NCBI GenBank assembly: GCA_964560215.1
Contig: CAZLKW010000001.1
Location: 10,525-74,524 of the forward strand
DNA length: 64,000 bases
Direction of reading: 5' to 3'
Source: an uncultured Sediminibacterium sp.
GTDB lineage: Bacteria; Bacteroidota; Bacteroidia; Chitinophagales; Chitinophagaceae
Of this stretch, positions 9,978-19,712 are shown piece by piece. Made by a program: the position numbers and the translations under genes. The notes below the pieces were generated by a model. It saw only the letters and a program-made list of their open reading frames with translations. It ran no database searches and had not been told where the DNA came from. The stretch's first letter is position 1, and each line of letters starts with the position of its first letter.

Positions 9978-10469
9978 TTAAATTGCTTCAAACTCTCCTT
10001 TTTCAGTATTTTTTCTAACTTTATCCGCTTCAAAATATTTTCCATTCATGGCGATATAAACACCATGTGGTAATATTTGTGTAAATGCCAAGGCACTTCC
10101 TAAATTAAATAGTCCATCAGAGCTACCAAATTTATAAGGAATCATTGCGCCAGTAAGAACGATTGTTTTATTGGGGCAAGTTTTTTGCAAATACAATGCA
10201 GTAATGGTCATGGTGTCCGTACCATGTGTTATCAATATTTTTTCTGCATTTGTTTTATTACAAGCTTCAGAAATCATAGCACGATCAGCATCTACAAAGT
10301 CTAAACTATCTTTCATCATTAATGAATTGATCGATAAGTTCAGTTTACTTCGGCCAAGATCTAGCATTTCATGAAGATGTGTGTCTTTAAAATAGAGACT
10401 ACCATTTAATTCGTTGTATTCTTTATCAAAAGTGCCACCTGTAACAAATACCTGTATACTTACATCCAT
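9978..10469 (-). CDS. Short asparaginase-domain protein
   Basis: TGGTFDK and HGTDTM catalytic motifs. Confidence 0.9.
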   Translation of the reverse strand: MDVSIQVFVTGGTFDKEYNELNGSLYFKDTHLHEMLDLGRSKLNLSINSLMMKDSLDFVDADRAMISEACNKTNAEKILITHGTDTMTITALYLQKTCPNKTIVLTGAMIPYKFGSSDGLFNLGSALAFTQILPHGVYIAMNGKYFEADKVRKNTEKGEFEAI

Positions 10470-10474
10470 AAAAA

Positions 10475-11878
10475 TTATTTTGGGTCCATCCACATTTCTT
10501 TTCTATCTAACCATTTGTTATCAGAAAAGGATTCTTTACTAGCCAAAGTTCGTGTATATTTTTTAATAGTTTCTGTTGAACTTGATTGATAAGCTACACC
10601 GCTAATAATATTCAAGGCTTTATTAAAATAGGTTTCATAAGGATTACCTAGGGTTCTATATGGTAATACATTATCAGCTAAAGTATAATTAGGTAAAAAA
10701 CCGTTTACAGTGCCATAATTGGATTCTCCAATGGCGTTATTTGTTAAGAAAGTAATTGGTTGCAAACCAAAGTCCCATCTTTTACTTGGATCGGTCAGTG
10801 TAAAGGAGCCCACATTTTTCCCGTAAGTATGTTCTCCTATAAGAATCACATCCATAAATGGTTTAAGATTATTAATTACTAGTTCACTTGCAGATGCAGT
10901 ATTGCCAGCAATAAGTACAAAAACTCGATTCAATGTTCCTAAATTATTTGGCTCTGCTTTAAACAAAGTTTCAAAAGCACTCGCGCCTGAAGTCCTTTCT
11001 AGGTAAGCGGTATAGGTGCTATTGTAAACTTTTTTATTCATTAGTTTGCCCACTTTTGCTGCCGCGTCTTTAACAGTCAAGTTGGTAATTAAATCAGATG
11101 AAACAACATAGCCTCCACCATTATATCTAAAATCTAATACCAATTCATTAACCCCTGCTGCTTTAAAGCGACCAAAAATTGCTCTTAAACTATCGTCATA
11201 GCTTGTTAAAAATTGACTGTAAGCCAAATAGCCAACTTTTTTACCTGACCAAGCAATGATCGTATCCGCTAAGATCGGATTGGTTTGAAGTTCCACTTTT
11301 GTAACTGTTACATTTCTGCCGTTACTTACAAATGCGCCATTGGAAAAATCACCAAGACCAAGCTTTAAGGTTTGATTAGATAAGATGGTTGTATAATTAG
11401 AATTTGTTATTGTTTGATCATCTACCTTTAAGATAATATCACCTCTTTTTAATCCTGCTTTATCTGCTGGACTGCCTTTTAACACATAAGCTAATACGAA
11501 TGCTAGTGTTGTTTTTGTATCATCGGTATAAAATGCATTGTTTTTGATTCCTAAAACGGTACTCACCCCATTCAATTGATTTTGCAGGTTTGTATAACTT
11601 TCGTCAATCCAAGAGAAACGATCTGTTTTACCGTAATCATTTAAAAGCGTATAAAAATAATCTGTTGGTTTAGCGCTTGTATTTGAACTTGCCAAAGTTG
11701 GCATTTTTGTATTCCATAAATAATAATAATTCATTGCTTCATGTATCCAAGTATTTGCTGCAACATTTGGATTTGTTGTTGTCGTTGGAGTCGTAGGCTT
11801 AGGTGCCGGATCGACAGTGTCTTTTTTACATGCAATAAAAATTACCCCAATCAATAAAAATAAGAATAGCTTTTTCAT
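10475..11878 (-). CDS. S41 family peptidase lipoprotein with PDZ domain
   Basis: Lipobox IAC, GSPADKAGLKRGD (PDZ), LDFRYNGGG, TASASE, GEHTYGK. Confidence 0.92.
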   Translation of the reverse strand: MKKLFLFLLIGVIFIACKKDTVDPAPKPTTPTTTTNPNVAANTWIHEAMNYYYLWNTKMPTLASSNTSAKPTDYFYTLLNDYGKTDRFSWIDESYTNLQNQLNGVSTVLGIKNNAFYTDDTKTTLAFVLAYVLKGSPADKAGLKRGDIILKVDDQTITNSNYTTILSNQTLKLGLGDFSNGAFVSNGRNVTVTKVELQTNPILADTIIAWSGKKVGYLAYSQFLTSYDDSLRAIFGRFKAAGVNELVLDFRYNGGGYVVSSDLITNLTVKDAAAKVGKLMNKKVYNSTYTAYLERTSGASAFETLFKAEPNNLGTLNRVFVLIAGNTASASELVINNLKPFMDVILIGEHTYGKNVGSFTLTDPSKRWDFGLQPITFLTNNAIGESNYGTVNGFLPNYTLADNVLPYRTLGNPYETYFNKALNIISGVAYQSSSTETIKKYTRTLASKESFSDNKWLDRKEMWMDPK

Positions 11879-12045
11879 AATGTTAAATGATTCAACGTAA
11901 ATTTAATCAAACAAATGTTAATAGGAATAAAAAATATACCCTACTAATTTGATAGACAAATAAAATTGTCTAATTTTAGGCCCCAATAAGGAATCATAAA
12001 CTAAAACAAAGTCGCCGATCCCTAAAAACTCAATTTAATCTACCT

Positions 12046-12945
12046 ATGATACGAAATTTATTAAGCGCATCCCTTTTGACATTGATTACTTTAACAAGTA
12101 TGGGTCAATCAAATACAATTTTGACTGAAACAAATGCATGGCACGCGACAAGAATAGACGCATTAAAACAACCCAATGGCTGGTTAAATTTGGAGGGTTT
12201 ATTTTGGTTTAAAACTGGCGTAAATCGTTTTGGATCAAATATTAAAAACGACCTAGTATATGCTAATCCTGCTTTTCCGGCTTATCTTGGAGATTTTATT
12301 TTTGAGGATGGTAAAGTATTTTGGAAAGATGCAAAAGCAGAAAAGGTTACTATAAAAAACAATGCAGGCGCGCTTATTCAAAATACGAGTTCGCTTAATC
12401 TATTAACCGAAAAGGAAGGAGAGTACACTTGTCAATGGAAGGATTTTGTGTGGATTGTGATTAAAAGAGAAGACAAAATTGGAGTTCGTTTCAGAAACCT
12501 TAAATCAAAGACCTTATTAGGATTTAAAGGGATTGAAAGATTTCCGGTAGATGCTAAATGGCGCGTTAAAGCTAAAGTGATTCCTCAGGATCAAAATCCA
12601 TTGATGATCATGAATGTATTAGGACAGAATACAGCGCAAAAGCATGGAGGACAGCTTGTTTTTGAACTAGAGGGTAAAACTTATAAATTAGATGCAATAG
12701 ATGAAGGTGGAGTAAGGTTATTTATAACTTTTGCAGACGCCACATCAGGTAAAACAACCTATGGTTCTGGTAGATTTGTCGAATTAGATAAACCGGATGC
12801 CAATGGGGAAACTTATATAGATTTCAACAGAGCCTATAATCCACCATGTGCCTTTACTGAATTCGCTACTTGCCCTTTACCGCCAGCTCAAAATAGGCTT
12901 ACAATCGCAATTCCTGCTGGAGAAAAAAAATATGGACATCATTAA
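12046..12945 (+). CDS. DUF1684 family protein
   Basis: TYGSGRF...DFNRAYNPPCAFTEFATCPLPP..N.L...IPAGEK. Confidence 0.9.
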   Translation: MIRNLLSASLLTLITLTSMGQSNTILTETNAWHATRIDALKQPNGWLNLEGLFWFKTGVNRFGSNIKNDLVYANPAFPAYLGDFIFEDGKVFWKDAKAEKVTIKNNAGALIQNTSSLNLLTEKEGEYTCQWKDFVWIVIKREDKIGVRFRNLKSKTLLGFKGIERFPVDAKWRVKAKVIPQDQNPLMIMNVLGQNTAQKHGGQLVFELEGKTYKLDAIDEGGVRLFITFADATSGKTTYGSGRFVELDKPDANGETYIDFNRAYNPPCAFTEFATCPLPPAQNRLTIAIPAGEKKYGHH

Positions 12946-12969
12946 GGTCTCCATTAACTTTGGCGTCAA

Positions 12970-14244
12970 ATGCAACAATTGACGCCATCCAATCCTCCTA
13001 TAATTGCCGTTATCGGTTTAGGCTATGTGGGCTTACCATTGACTTTGGCATTTTCTAAACAATACCATGTTATTGGGTATGATTTAGATGCTACTAGGGT
13101 AGATGCGCTTAATAAAGGAAATGATATAACGCTTCAAGCTACGGAGGAAGCGTTGAAGTCAAATCCTCAATTAGTTTTTACTACTGCCTTATCAGAAATC
13201 TCGAAAGCTACAATCTATATTGTCACTGTTCCTACTCCAGTAAATTCAGATAAGACGCCCGATCTAAAGCCATTATTACATGCAAGTACTCAGATTGCAA
13301 CCCAATTAAAAAAGGGTGACATTGTAATTTATGAAAGTACCGTTTACCCTGGTTGTACAGAAGAAGATTGCGTTCCGGTACTTGAAAAAACATCGGGTTT
13401 AAAATACAACCATGATTTTTATTGCGGCTATTCTCCAGAAAGAATTAATCCAGGAGATAAAGTCAATACATTAACAAAGATCAAAAAAATTACTGCTGGT
13501 TCAACTCCTGATATTGCAACCTATATAGATAAGCTATATGCAAGTATCATCACAGCAGGTACTTATCTTGCACCATCCATTAAGGTTGCTGAAGCGGCAA
13601 AGTCAATTGAGAATGCACAAAGAGATATCAATATTTCTTTTGTGAATGAATTGGCATTGATTTTTGATCGTATGGGTATTGACACGCATGAGGTGCTAGC
13701 TGCAGCAAGTACGAAATGGAATTTTCTCCCTTTTAAGCCAGGATTAGTGGGCGGACATTGTATTGGCGTAGATCCTTTTTATTTGGCGCATAAGTCAAAA
13801 ACATTGGGCTATCATCCTCAAGTGATTTTGTCTGGCCGTAATGTAAATGATCAGATGAGTTTGTTTGTGAGTGATAAATTAATTCGATTATTGGAAGAGA
13901 GGGGCAAGTCTATTGAAAATGCGCATGTTTTAGTGCTAGGTGTCACGTTTAAAGAAAACTGTCCAGATATTAGAAACTCTAAAGTTTTTGAAATTATACA
14001 TTACCTGCAAAATAAAGGTGCAGTGGTAGATGCATTTGATCCATTTGCAAATGCTGCAGAGGTATTGCAAAAACAACAAGTACAATTGGTAACTGCTCTA
14101 AATCAATACGATGCAATTTTATTAGCAGTTGCGCATGATTTTTTTAAGGCATTAGATTTTAATGTTTTGAAAAAAGAGACAAGCTCCGTCTTATATGACA
14201 CGAAGGCTTTTTTAGATAGATCCGTCGTGACAGCTAGATTATAA
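12970..14244 (+). CDS. UDP-N-acetylhexosamine dehydrogenase (WbpO/TviB-like)
   Basis: GLGYVGLP, ESTVYPG, YSPERINPG, PGLVGGHCIGVDP, FKENCPDIRN. Confidence 0.92.
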   Translation: MQQLTPSNPPIIAVIGLGYVGLPLTLAFSKQYHVIGYDLDATRVDALNKGNDITLQATEEALKSNPQLVFTTALSEISKATIYIVTVPTPVNSDKTPDLKPLLHASTQIATQLKKGDIVIYESTVYPGCTEEDCVPVLEKTSGLKYNHDFYCGYSPERINPGDKVNTLTKIKKITAGSTPDIATYIDKLYASIITAGTYLAPSIKVAEAAKSIENAQRDINISFVNELALIFDRMGIDTHEVLAAASTKWNFLPFKPGLVGGHCIGVDPFYLAHKSKTLGYHPQVILSGRNVNDQMSLFVSDKLIRLLEERGKSIENAHVLVLGVTFKENCPDIRNSKVFEIIHYLQNKGAVVDAFDPFANAAEVLQKQQVQLVTALNQYDAILLAVAHDFFKALDFNVLKKETSSVLYDTKAFLDRSVVTARL

Positions 14245-14327
14245 AAAAATAATTTTACTTTTGATCGCTTAAAACGACAAGTGTAAATTTGGAAAAACAT
14301 TTATTCATCACTACATAATTTATTTAA

Positions 14328-14669
14328 ATGATAGAGTCAAAAAGATTCGGTTCAAAAAAAGCTTTAATTGATATCGACGAAACAATTTGTTTTTACTCAG
14401 ATAAAAGGGTGTATGAATTGGCCGAGCCTAATTTTGAAAACATTGCCAAGATCAATAAACTATACGATGAAGGCTGGCATATCACTTACTGGACAGGAAG
14501 AGGCGAAAGTTCTAAAAGAGATTTAAGGCCATTAACTTTAGAGCAGTTGACAAAATGGGGTTGTAAATTCAATGACTTGATTACAGGCTATTGCCCTAAT
14601 GGCGGCGCAGTAAAGCCAAACTTTGATTTAGTGATTGATGATAAAGCAAAACGTATCGAAGAATTATAG
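14328..14669 (+). CDS. Minimal HAD-superfamily phosphatase (capsule-phosphatase-like)
   Basis: DIDETI motif I, YWTGR motif II, KP..DL.IDDK motifs III/IV. Confidence 0.8.
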   Translation: MIESKRFGSKKALIDIDETICFYSDKRVYELAEPNFENIAKINKLYDEGWHITYWTGRGESSKRDLRPLTLEQLTKWGCKFNDLITGYCPNGGAVKPNFDLVIDDKAKRIEEL

Positions 14670-14723
14670 ATTTATCCAGGTTTATCCTAATAAAATTGAG
14701 TGCTAAATTTATTTATAATTTTT

Positions 14724-15431
14724 TTAAAGGGCCAATGCGGCCCTTTTATTTTTTTTAGCAAATGGTAGATAGAATAACCAAAAATGAGAGATTTCTGCTA
14801 GTTCAAATGTAATTAGATAAAATGGCCATTCACCAATGATAAGCGGATTTTCTGCAGTTGGACGTGCTCTTAAAAACATATAATTAGTACCTATTGCATA
14901 ATTCATCATGCCAACAGAAAGCACCACGAATTGAGAGTAGCCAAAAATTCTTAACCAAGATTTTGGTCTTGGCACAAAACCATTGTGTTTGACCATATAC
15001 AATACCACTAGCAATAATCCCCCGTGTCCAATAAAAAAGCTATAAAAATTATAACCAATTACGCCGGTGTTGAATTCTGGCGTAAGTAAAGCATGTATAC
15101 CTCCCAATAATCCCCAATAGTAAACAAACTCGCCAAGTAATTGATTTTTATTGAAAAGATAAATGATGCAAAGGATATTACTGATACTACATAAGTGAGC
15201 CGGAATGTTTTGTTGAATATTCCATATCCCGTTGTAGTAATTATAGCTTTGTTCAATTAAAAAATTAGCTATCAAAACAATCGCAATAAATAAATCATAT
15301 TGCTTGATTTTTATTTTGCTGATATATTTTGGTAATTGAATTAAAATAAAAATAATAGCACTAATCAATAAAATACTTTGCCACCAGAGCGGAGAAAAAG
15401 TAGCAAGTGTTATTGATTTTTCGAATTGCAT
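14724..15431 (-). CDS. TIGR02206/YwaF family integral membrane protein
   Basis: PAHLC, ALLTP, FFIGHG, NYMFL, WPFY. Confidence 0.85.
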   Translation of the reverse strand: MQFEKSITLATFSPLWWQSILLISAIIFILIQLPKYISKIKIKQYDLFIAIVLIANFLIEQSYNYYNGIWNIQQNIPAHLCSISNILCIIYLFNKNQLLGEFVYYWGLLGGIHALLTPEFNTGVIGYNFYSFFIGHGGLLLVVLYMVKHNGFVPRPKSWLRIFGYSQFVVLSVGMMNYAIGTNYMFLRARPTAENPLIIGEWPFYLITFELAEISHFWLFYLPFAKKNKRAALAL

Positions 15432-15618
15432 TGTATCGGGATTGTTTATGCTGTAGTGATGGGCACAATTTAATTCTTTCTGCCTATATTCTAGCTACTT
15501 GCTTACTAAACAATCAAATTAGACCATATAACAAGGGGCTGAAAACCTTAAATAAACTACCCTTCTGTGTAAATAAGATAGGATCTAGATTTATTCTACC
15601 AGATCTGTAGTTTTTTTA

Positions 15619-16356
15619 ATGATGCAAAACAAATACCAAGTACAATCCGCCCTCAAAGAAGTATATATATGTGATCAACAAGCTATCTATGCGATGGGTT
15701 GTAGTCAGTTAGTTAATGCACATCCTATGTGCAATGGTTTTCAGGTAGTATCTTCTTTTGAGGATATGACACAAATCGATTTATCTCAAAACAAGGGGTT
15801 ATTAATCATTGACTGCGGAATGTTTGACTTGTCTTTGTTAGAACTAAGACAAAAGATTAAAATGCTTCAATTAAGTTGTCCATTGATTATTCTATTAAAC
15901 GAGGAGACAACCGATTACACACTATATCAATTGTTAGACTTAGAATTTGAAGTGATTGTGTCAAGAAACATGTCTTCTGCTGAATGGAATAAGGCGGTTG
16001 AAATGGCTTGCCAGCGTAAGGTCTATTTTTGCAATCATACTGCTGAACGTGTTTTTGCATTAACCCAAGGTATGAATCAAATAAACTTGATTGAAAAAGT
16101 TCAGTCACTATCACTTTATGATAAATTCATATTGATTCGAATTTGCGAAGAAGCCTCCAGTAAGCAAATTGCTGCAGAACTAGGCCATAGTAAAAGAACC
16201 ATCGAGGGGCATAGAACTAGACTTATGCAATTATTTGCAGTAAAAAATGTAGCCGGATTGGTCAAGATCACGCTCGTGACAAAATTGTACGAACATTATC
16301 TATCTAATCCAGGATGGTACGCAAGCTTTTTATTAGCTAAAACATCTTCCTTATAA
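15619..16356 (+). CDS. NarL/LuxR-type response regulator with degenerate receiver domain
   Basis: C-terminal HTH SSKQIAAELGHSKRTIEGHRTRLM..F.VKN.AGL. Confidence 0.85.
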   Translation: MMQNKYQVQSALKEVYICDQQAIYAMGCSQLVNAHPMCNGFQVVSSFEDMTQIDLSQNKGLLIIDCGMFDLSLLELRQKIKMLQLSCPLIILLNEETTDYTLYQLLDLEFEVIVSRNMSSAEWNKAVEMACQRKVYFCNHTAERVFALTQGMNQINLIEKVQSLSLYDKFILIRICEEASSKQIAAELGHSKRTIEGHRTRLMQLFAVKNVAGLVKITLVTKLYEHYLSNPGWYASFLLAKTSSL

Positions 16357-18527
16357 TAGTGAATGGTTTTGAATTGACCATTTATAAAACCATAAGCCTG
16401 GTCCGTGAAATTTTTACTCTCTGCAAACCTACTTTGACCACCTGTAATGATCGTTTTAGCTTTTAGTTTTTTACCAAATTCAACAGCGGCAACAAAACTA
16501 TTACCAGTATAGCCATAGCGTTTCACTGTATTTGGATAACGTCTGCTTTCAAAAGAAGGTAAGGCACCCCATTTTGAAGAAGCTTGATTCACTGCTAAAC
16601 TAAATTCCGTATCCTCGAAATTTTTGCCTGGACCAACTCGTTGAAAACGATTGATCGAACCCCATTTGATTTCCCAGTTACCATACCATTTTTCAAATTG
16701 GTCTAAAGTGGCTTCTAATAATTTTACCTTGGTTCCAAAAGGTACTTCTAGGTCCATGCGATTGTATTTCACAATAATCTGTGTAGCCGCTTCCTCTGTA
16801 TTTGCAGGTGGAATTTCTGCACTCCATTTTGTAGCCCATTCAATTGCAATACTCGTAGCAATTGAGTTACTGTCTGCATATCGATCCCAATTGGCTAAAT
16901 AGTCAATGGCCTTTCTTGTTCTTGGAGCAAGGGTTACTTTTTTAGCATCTTCAATAAAACGAGGCAGTAAAATATCAAAAGCGCTTAATTTTTTATTATA
17001 CCCAAGGGCAATCAGTTCATCCAAATTGATTTTGTCTATTTTAGACAACAATGCAACTGCAGTAATACCTCTTCCGTTTTCTCCATCAGGTGCCATATAA
17101 GCCGGATAATTAGCAGCTTTTGGACTTTGATCTCCAGCAACAGTAAATGGTGTCGCATTGCAATTTTGTAACCAGCCATTAGTTGGGTTGATGCTTTGTA
17201 CAATTTCATTTAAACTATGCATGCCCATCCAATCAGTCGCCTTGGTACTTCCATCTACTGGTCTTGTGTAATCGAATTTAGGATCACGCTTTGGCATAAA
17301 ATTACCATGCCAATAAGCAATATTGCCAGCGTTATCTGCATAGACTGTATTATTACTATTATTTGCTAAGAGCTCCATTGCTTTTGTATAATCTGCTAAG
17401 CTCTTAGATTTTGTTCTTGACCAACATTCCATTAAAGCGTCAAGGGAACGATTGTTTTCTTGTAGGCTTAGCCATTTACCTTTTTGCATCCCCATCACTG
17501 GACCATGTCCTGTGAAGTAAGTATCAAATGATTTATTTTTTAGCACACCATGCTCTACATATTTGATATCAATTTTGCGCGCGCCAATTTTTTTGTTTTC
17601 TTTTTCGTAGGTATAAAACAATTCATTATTAATTTTTTTTATTTGCTCTTCATATACATCCGCCACATCTGCATAGCTGCTTGTATGCATCCATCCGCAA
17701 TTTTCATTAAATCCTTGGTAGATAAAAAACTGCCCCCAGGTGACCGCTCCATATGCGTTTAAACCTTCTTCACTCACCATATGCATTTCTGATCTAAAAT
17801 AAAAGGGCACATGTGGATTGATATATAACATAGCGTTTCCACTCTTGCTATGCTTTGGGGCAATTGCAAAACCGTTTGAACCTTTTAAGGTTTTATCTTC
17901 CATGTCATAATTAGGCTGCTCAAAAATGGGGTAAGGTTCTTTTAAATTTTGGTTTGTAATTGCTGCAGTTGTGTTAGAGAATAATGCTTGGCCATAAAAT
18001 GCTTCAACATGTTTTTCAGTAATACCTGCCGATCTTGTTGGTGAAACACTGCCATCGGTCCACATCAAATGGTACCATGGCTTGAATTTTTTAAGGACAA
18101 CTGGTTTTACTTCTGGATGTTTGTATAAATAATAGTTTATACCATCTGCATGTGCAATCAACAATTGCTTAAACCACAAAGGGCTTCTTTCATAGTCTTT
18201 TACTGCATCGACACTATCTTGAATCAATTGCATCATCAGGTCCTCATAAATAACTTTAGGCCCTTCCATTTCGGCACGTCGTCCTAACATTTCTAAAAAA
18301 TTCTTTTCTATCTGCGGAAAGTTCTCTTCGCATTGTGCGTACATCAAACCAAACACTGCGTTTGCATCGGTCTTCCCATAGACATGTGGAATATCCCATT
18401 CGTCTCGAATAATTGTCGTTTGCTTGGCATGCTGATTCCATCTAGCCAGTTCGGCATTCGTTGGTTTTTGTGCAAACAAAACAACACTTGTACACAACCA
18501 TAAAAATAAAAAAGTAATTTTTTTCAT
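16296..18527 (-). CDS. Penicillin/AHL acylase family Ntn hydrolase (S45)
   Basis: IIRDEWDIPHVYG, GSN nucleophile, NPH, signal peptide. Confidence 0.92.
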   Translation of the reverse strand: MKKITFLFLWLCTSVVLFAQKPTNAELARWNQHAKQTTIIRDEWDIPHVYGKTDANAVFGLMYAQCEENFPQIEKNFLEMLGRRAEMEGPKVIYEDLMMQLIQDSVDAVKDYERSPLWFKQLLIAHADGINYYLYKHPEVKPVVLKKFKPWYHLMWTDGSVSPTRSAGITEKHVEAFYGQALFSNTTAAITNQNLKEPYPIFEQPNYDMEDKTLKGSNGFAIAPKHSKSGNAMLYINPHVPFYFRSEMHMVSEEGLNAYGAVTWGQFFIYQGFNENCGWMHTSSYADVADVYEEQIKKINNELFYTYEKENKKIGARKIDIKYVEHGVLKNKSFDTYFTGHGPVMGMQKGKWLSLQENNRSLDALMECWSRTKSKSLADYTKAMELLANNSNNTVYADNAGNIAYWHGNFMPKRDPKFDYTRPVDGSTKATDWMGMHSLNEIVQSINPTNGWLQNCNATPFTVAGDQSPKAANYPAYMAPDGENGRGITAVALLSKIDKINLDELIALGYNKKLSAFDILLPRFIEDAKKVTLAPRTRKAIDYLANWDRYADSNSIATSIAIEWATKWSAEIPPANTEEAATQIIVKYNRMDLEVPFGTKVKLLEATLDQFEKWYGNWEIKWGSINRFQRVGPGKNFEDTEFSLAVNQASSKWGALPSFESRRYPNTVKRYGYTGNSFVAAVEFGKKLKAKTIITGGQSRFAESKNFTDQAYGFINGQFKTIHYYKEDVLANKKLAYHPGLDR

Positions 18528-18604
18528 AACCTAATTTAAGACAGGCTCCCGATTATTGTATACAATCTCTTGAAATAAACTTTCGGGTGTATTGTCGGTT
18601 TAAT

Positions 18605-19528
18605 TTATAATCCCCAGGTCTTAATTCGCTCTAAGTTAATGCGCGCACATTCCAAAGGAGTAATGCCTTGATAAGATTCTTGTTCAATAATAAAATGATG
18701 TGTGCCTCCAATTGCTTTCGCAAGCAAGCTGACTGCTTTTGGATCTACAAGTCCATTTCCTAAAATGGTACTATCATGTCCGTCATTCATTTCTCCAATA
18801 GGCACTTTGATTTCATCTTTTACATGAACAGATGCAAACCTGCCCGGATATTTTTTAATCCAATCCATGCCTCTTGCACCAATGCCGAACATATTTCCAA
18901 AATCCAACTGATGGATCACTAAATCAGGATCTGTTTCTTTTAAGATGATATCATAAATCAGTTGGCCATTTACTTTTTCAACAAATTCAAAATTGTGGTT
19001 ATGGTAGCCAAAGCGCATGCCTGACTCCTGACACAACTCTCCCGACAAATTAAATATTTCTAATTGATGCATCAATGCATCATAAGAGGTTCTCACTTTT
19101 TCATCCATCCAAGGACTAATTACATAATCTTGACCTAGGGTAACCGCATCGTCGATGGTGTATTTCCAAGCATCGGTAAATTCCTTTTTTGTTTTATCCC
19201 AGTGCGATGCATTCATTACGGTGTGCCCGCTCGGCATTTGCATCCCGAGGTCTGTTAAAATCTTTTTAAATTCAATTGCAGTATATCCATAAAATTTTCT
19301 ATTAGCATAATTGGCATGCTCTACATATTGGTAGCCCATTTTAGATAAGGCTTTCAAAGTGCTTAATGGATCTTTAAACATGGTATCACGCACAGTATAT
19401 AACTGAATACCGACTTTTATTTTTGAGTCTGCTAATACATTTTTATACCACAACGATTTTGGAGCAAGACTAATACCTAATAAGGCTAAACTACTGTTTT
19501 GTATAAATTTTCTTCTTGAGTTTTGCAT
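18605..19528 (-). CDS. Tat-exported sugar phosphate isomerase/epimerase (xylose-isomerase-like TIM barrel)
   Basis: SRRKF Tat signal; GIQLYTVRD, YHNHNFEF, HVKD, IIEQE. Confidence 0.9.
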   Translation of the reverse strand: MQNSRRKFIQNSSLALLGISLAPKSLWYKNVLADSKIKVGIQLYTVRDTMFKDPLSTLKALSKMGYQYVEHANYANRKFYGYTAIEFKKILTDLGMQMPSGHTVMNASHWDKTKKEFTDAWKYTIDDAVTLGQDYVISPWMDEKVRTSYDALMHQLEIFNLSGELCQESGMRFGYHNHNFEFVEKVNGQLIYDIILKETDPDLVIHQLDFGNMFGIGARGMDWIKKYPGRFASVHVKDEIKVPIGEMNDGHDSTILGNGLVDPKAVSLLAKAIGGTHHFIIEQESYQGITPLECARINLERIKTWGL

Positions 19529-19585
19529 AGTGCTTAATTGAATACTTAAACTTACAAAATTTCGCGCGGATGCGCGCGAAAAAAC

Positions 19586-19616
19586 AACAGAGGCGGACCA
19601 TTGGTCCGCCTCTGTT
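19586..19616 (-). terminator. Intrinsic terminator after amidohydrolase
   Basis: AACAGAGGCGGACCA-t-TGGTCCGCCTCTGTT followed by a T run on the minus strand. Confidence 0.8.
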
Positions 19617-19712
19617 TACTTGATAACTTAAATTCCAATAAAACTAAAAATTCGGCTTTATTAAAATTCAATTTCGTTTATTAAGGCCCTAATTTAAAGC
19701 CCTAATAAAGGC

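Noticed and set aside
12970-14669. Capsule/O-antigen locus
   Set aside because: Only a nucleotide-sugar dehydrogenase and a small HAD are present; no glycosyltransferase, flippase or polymerase nearby
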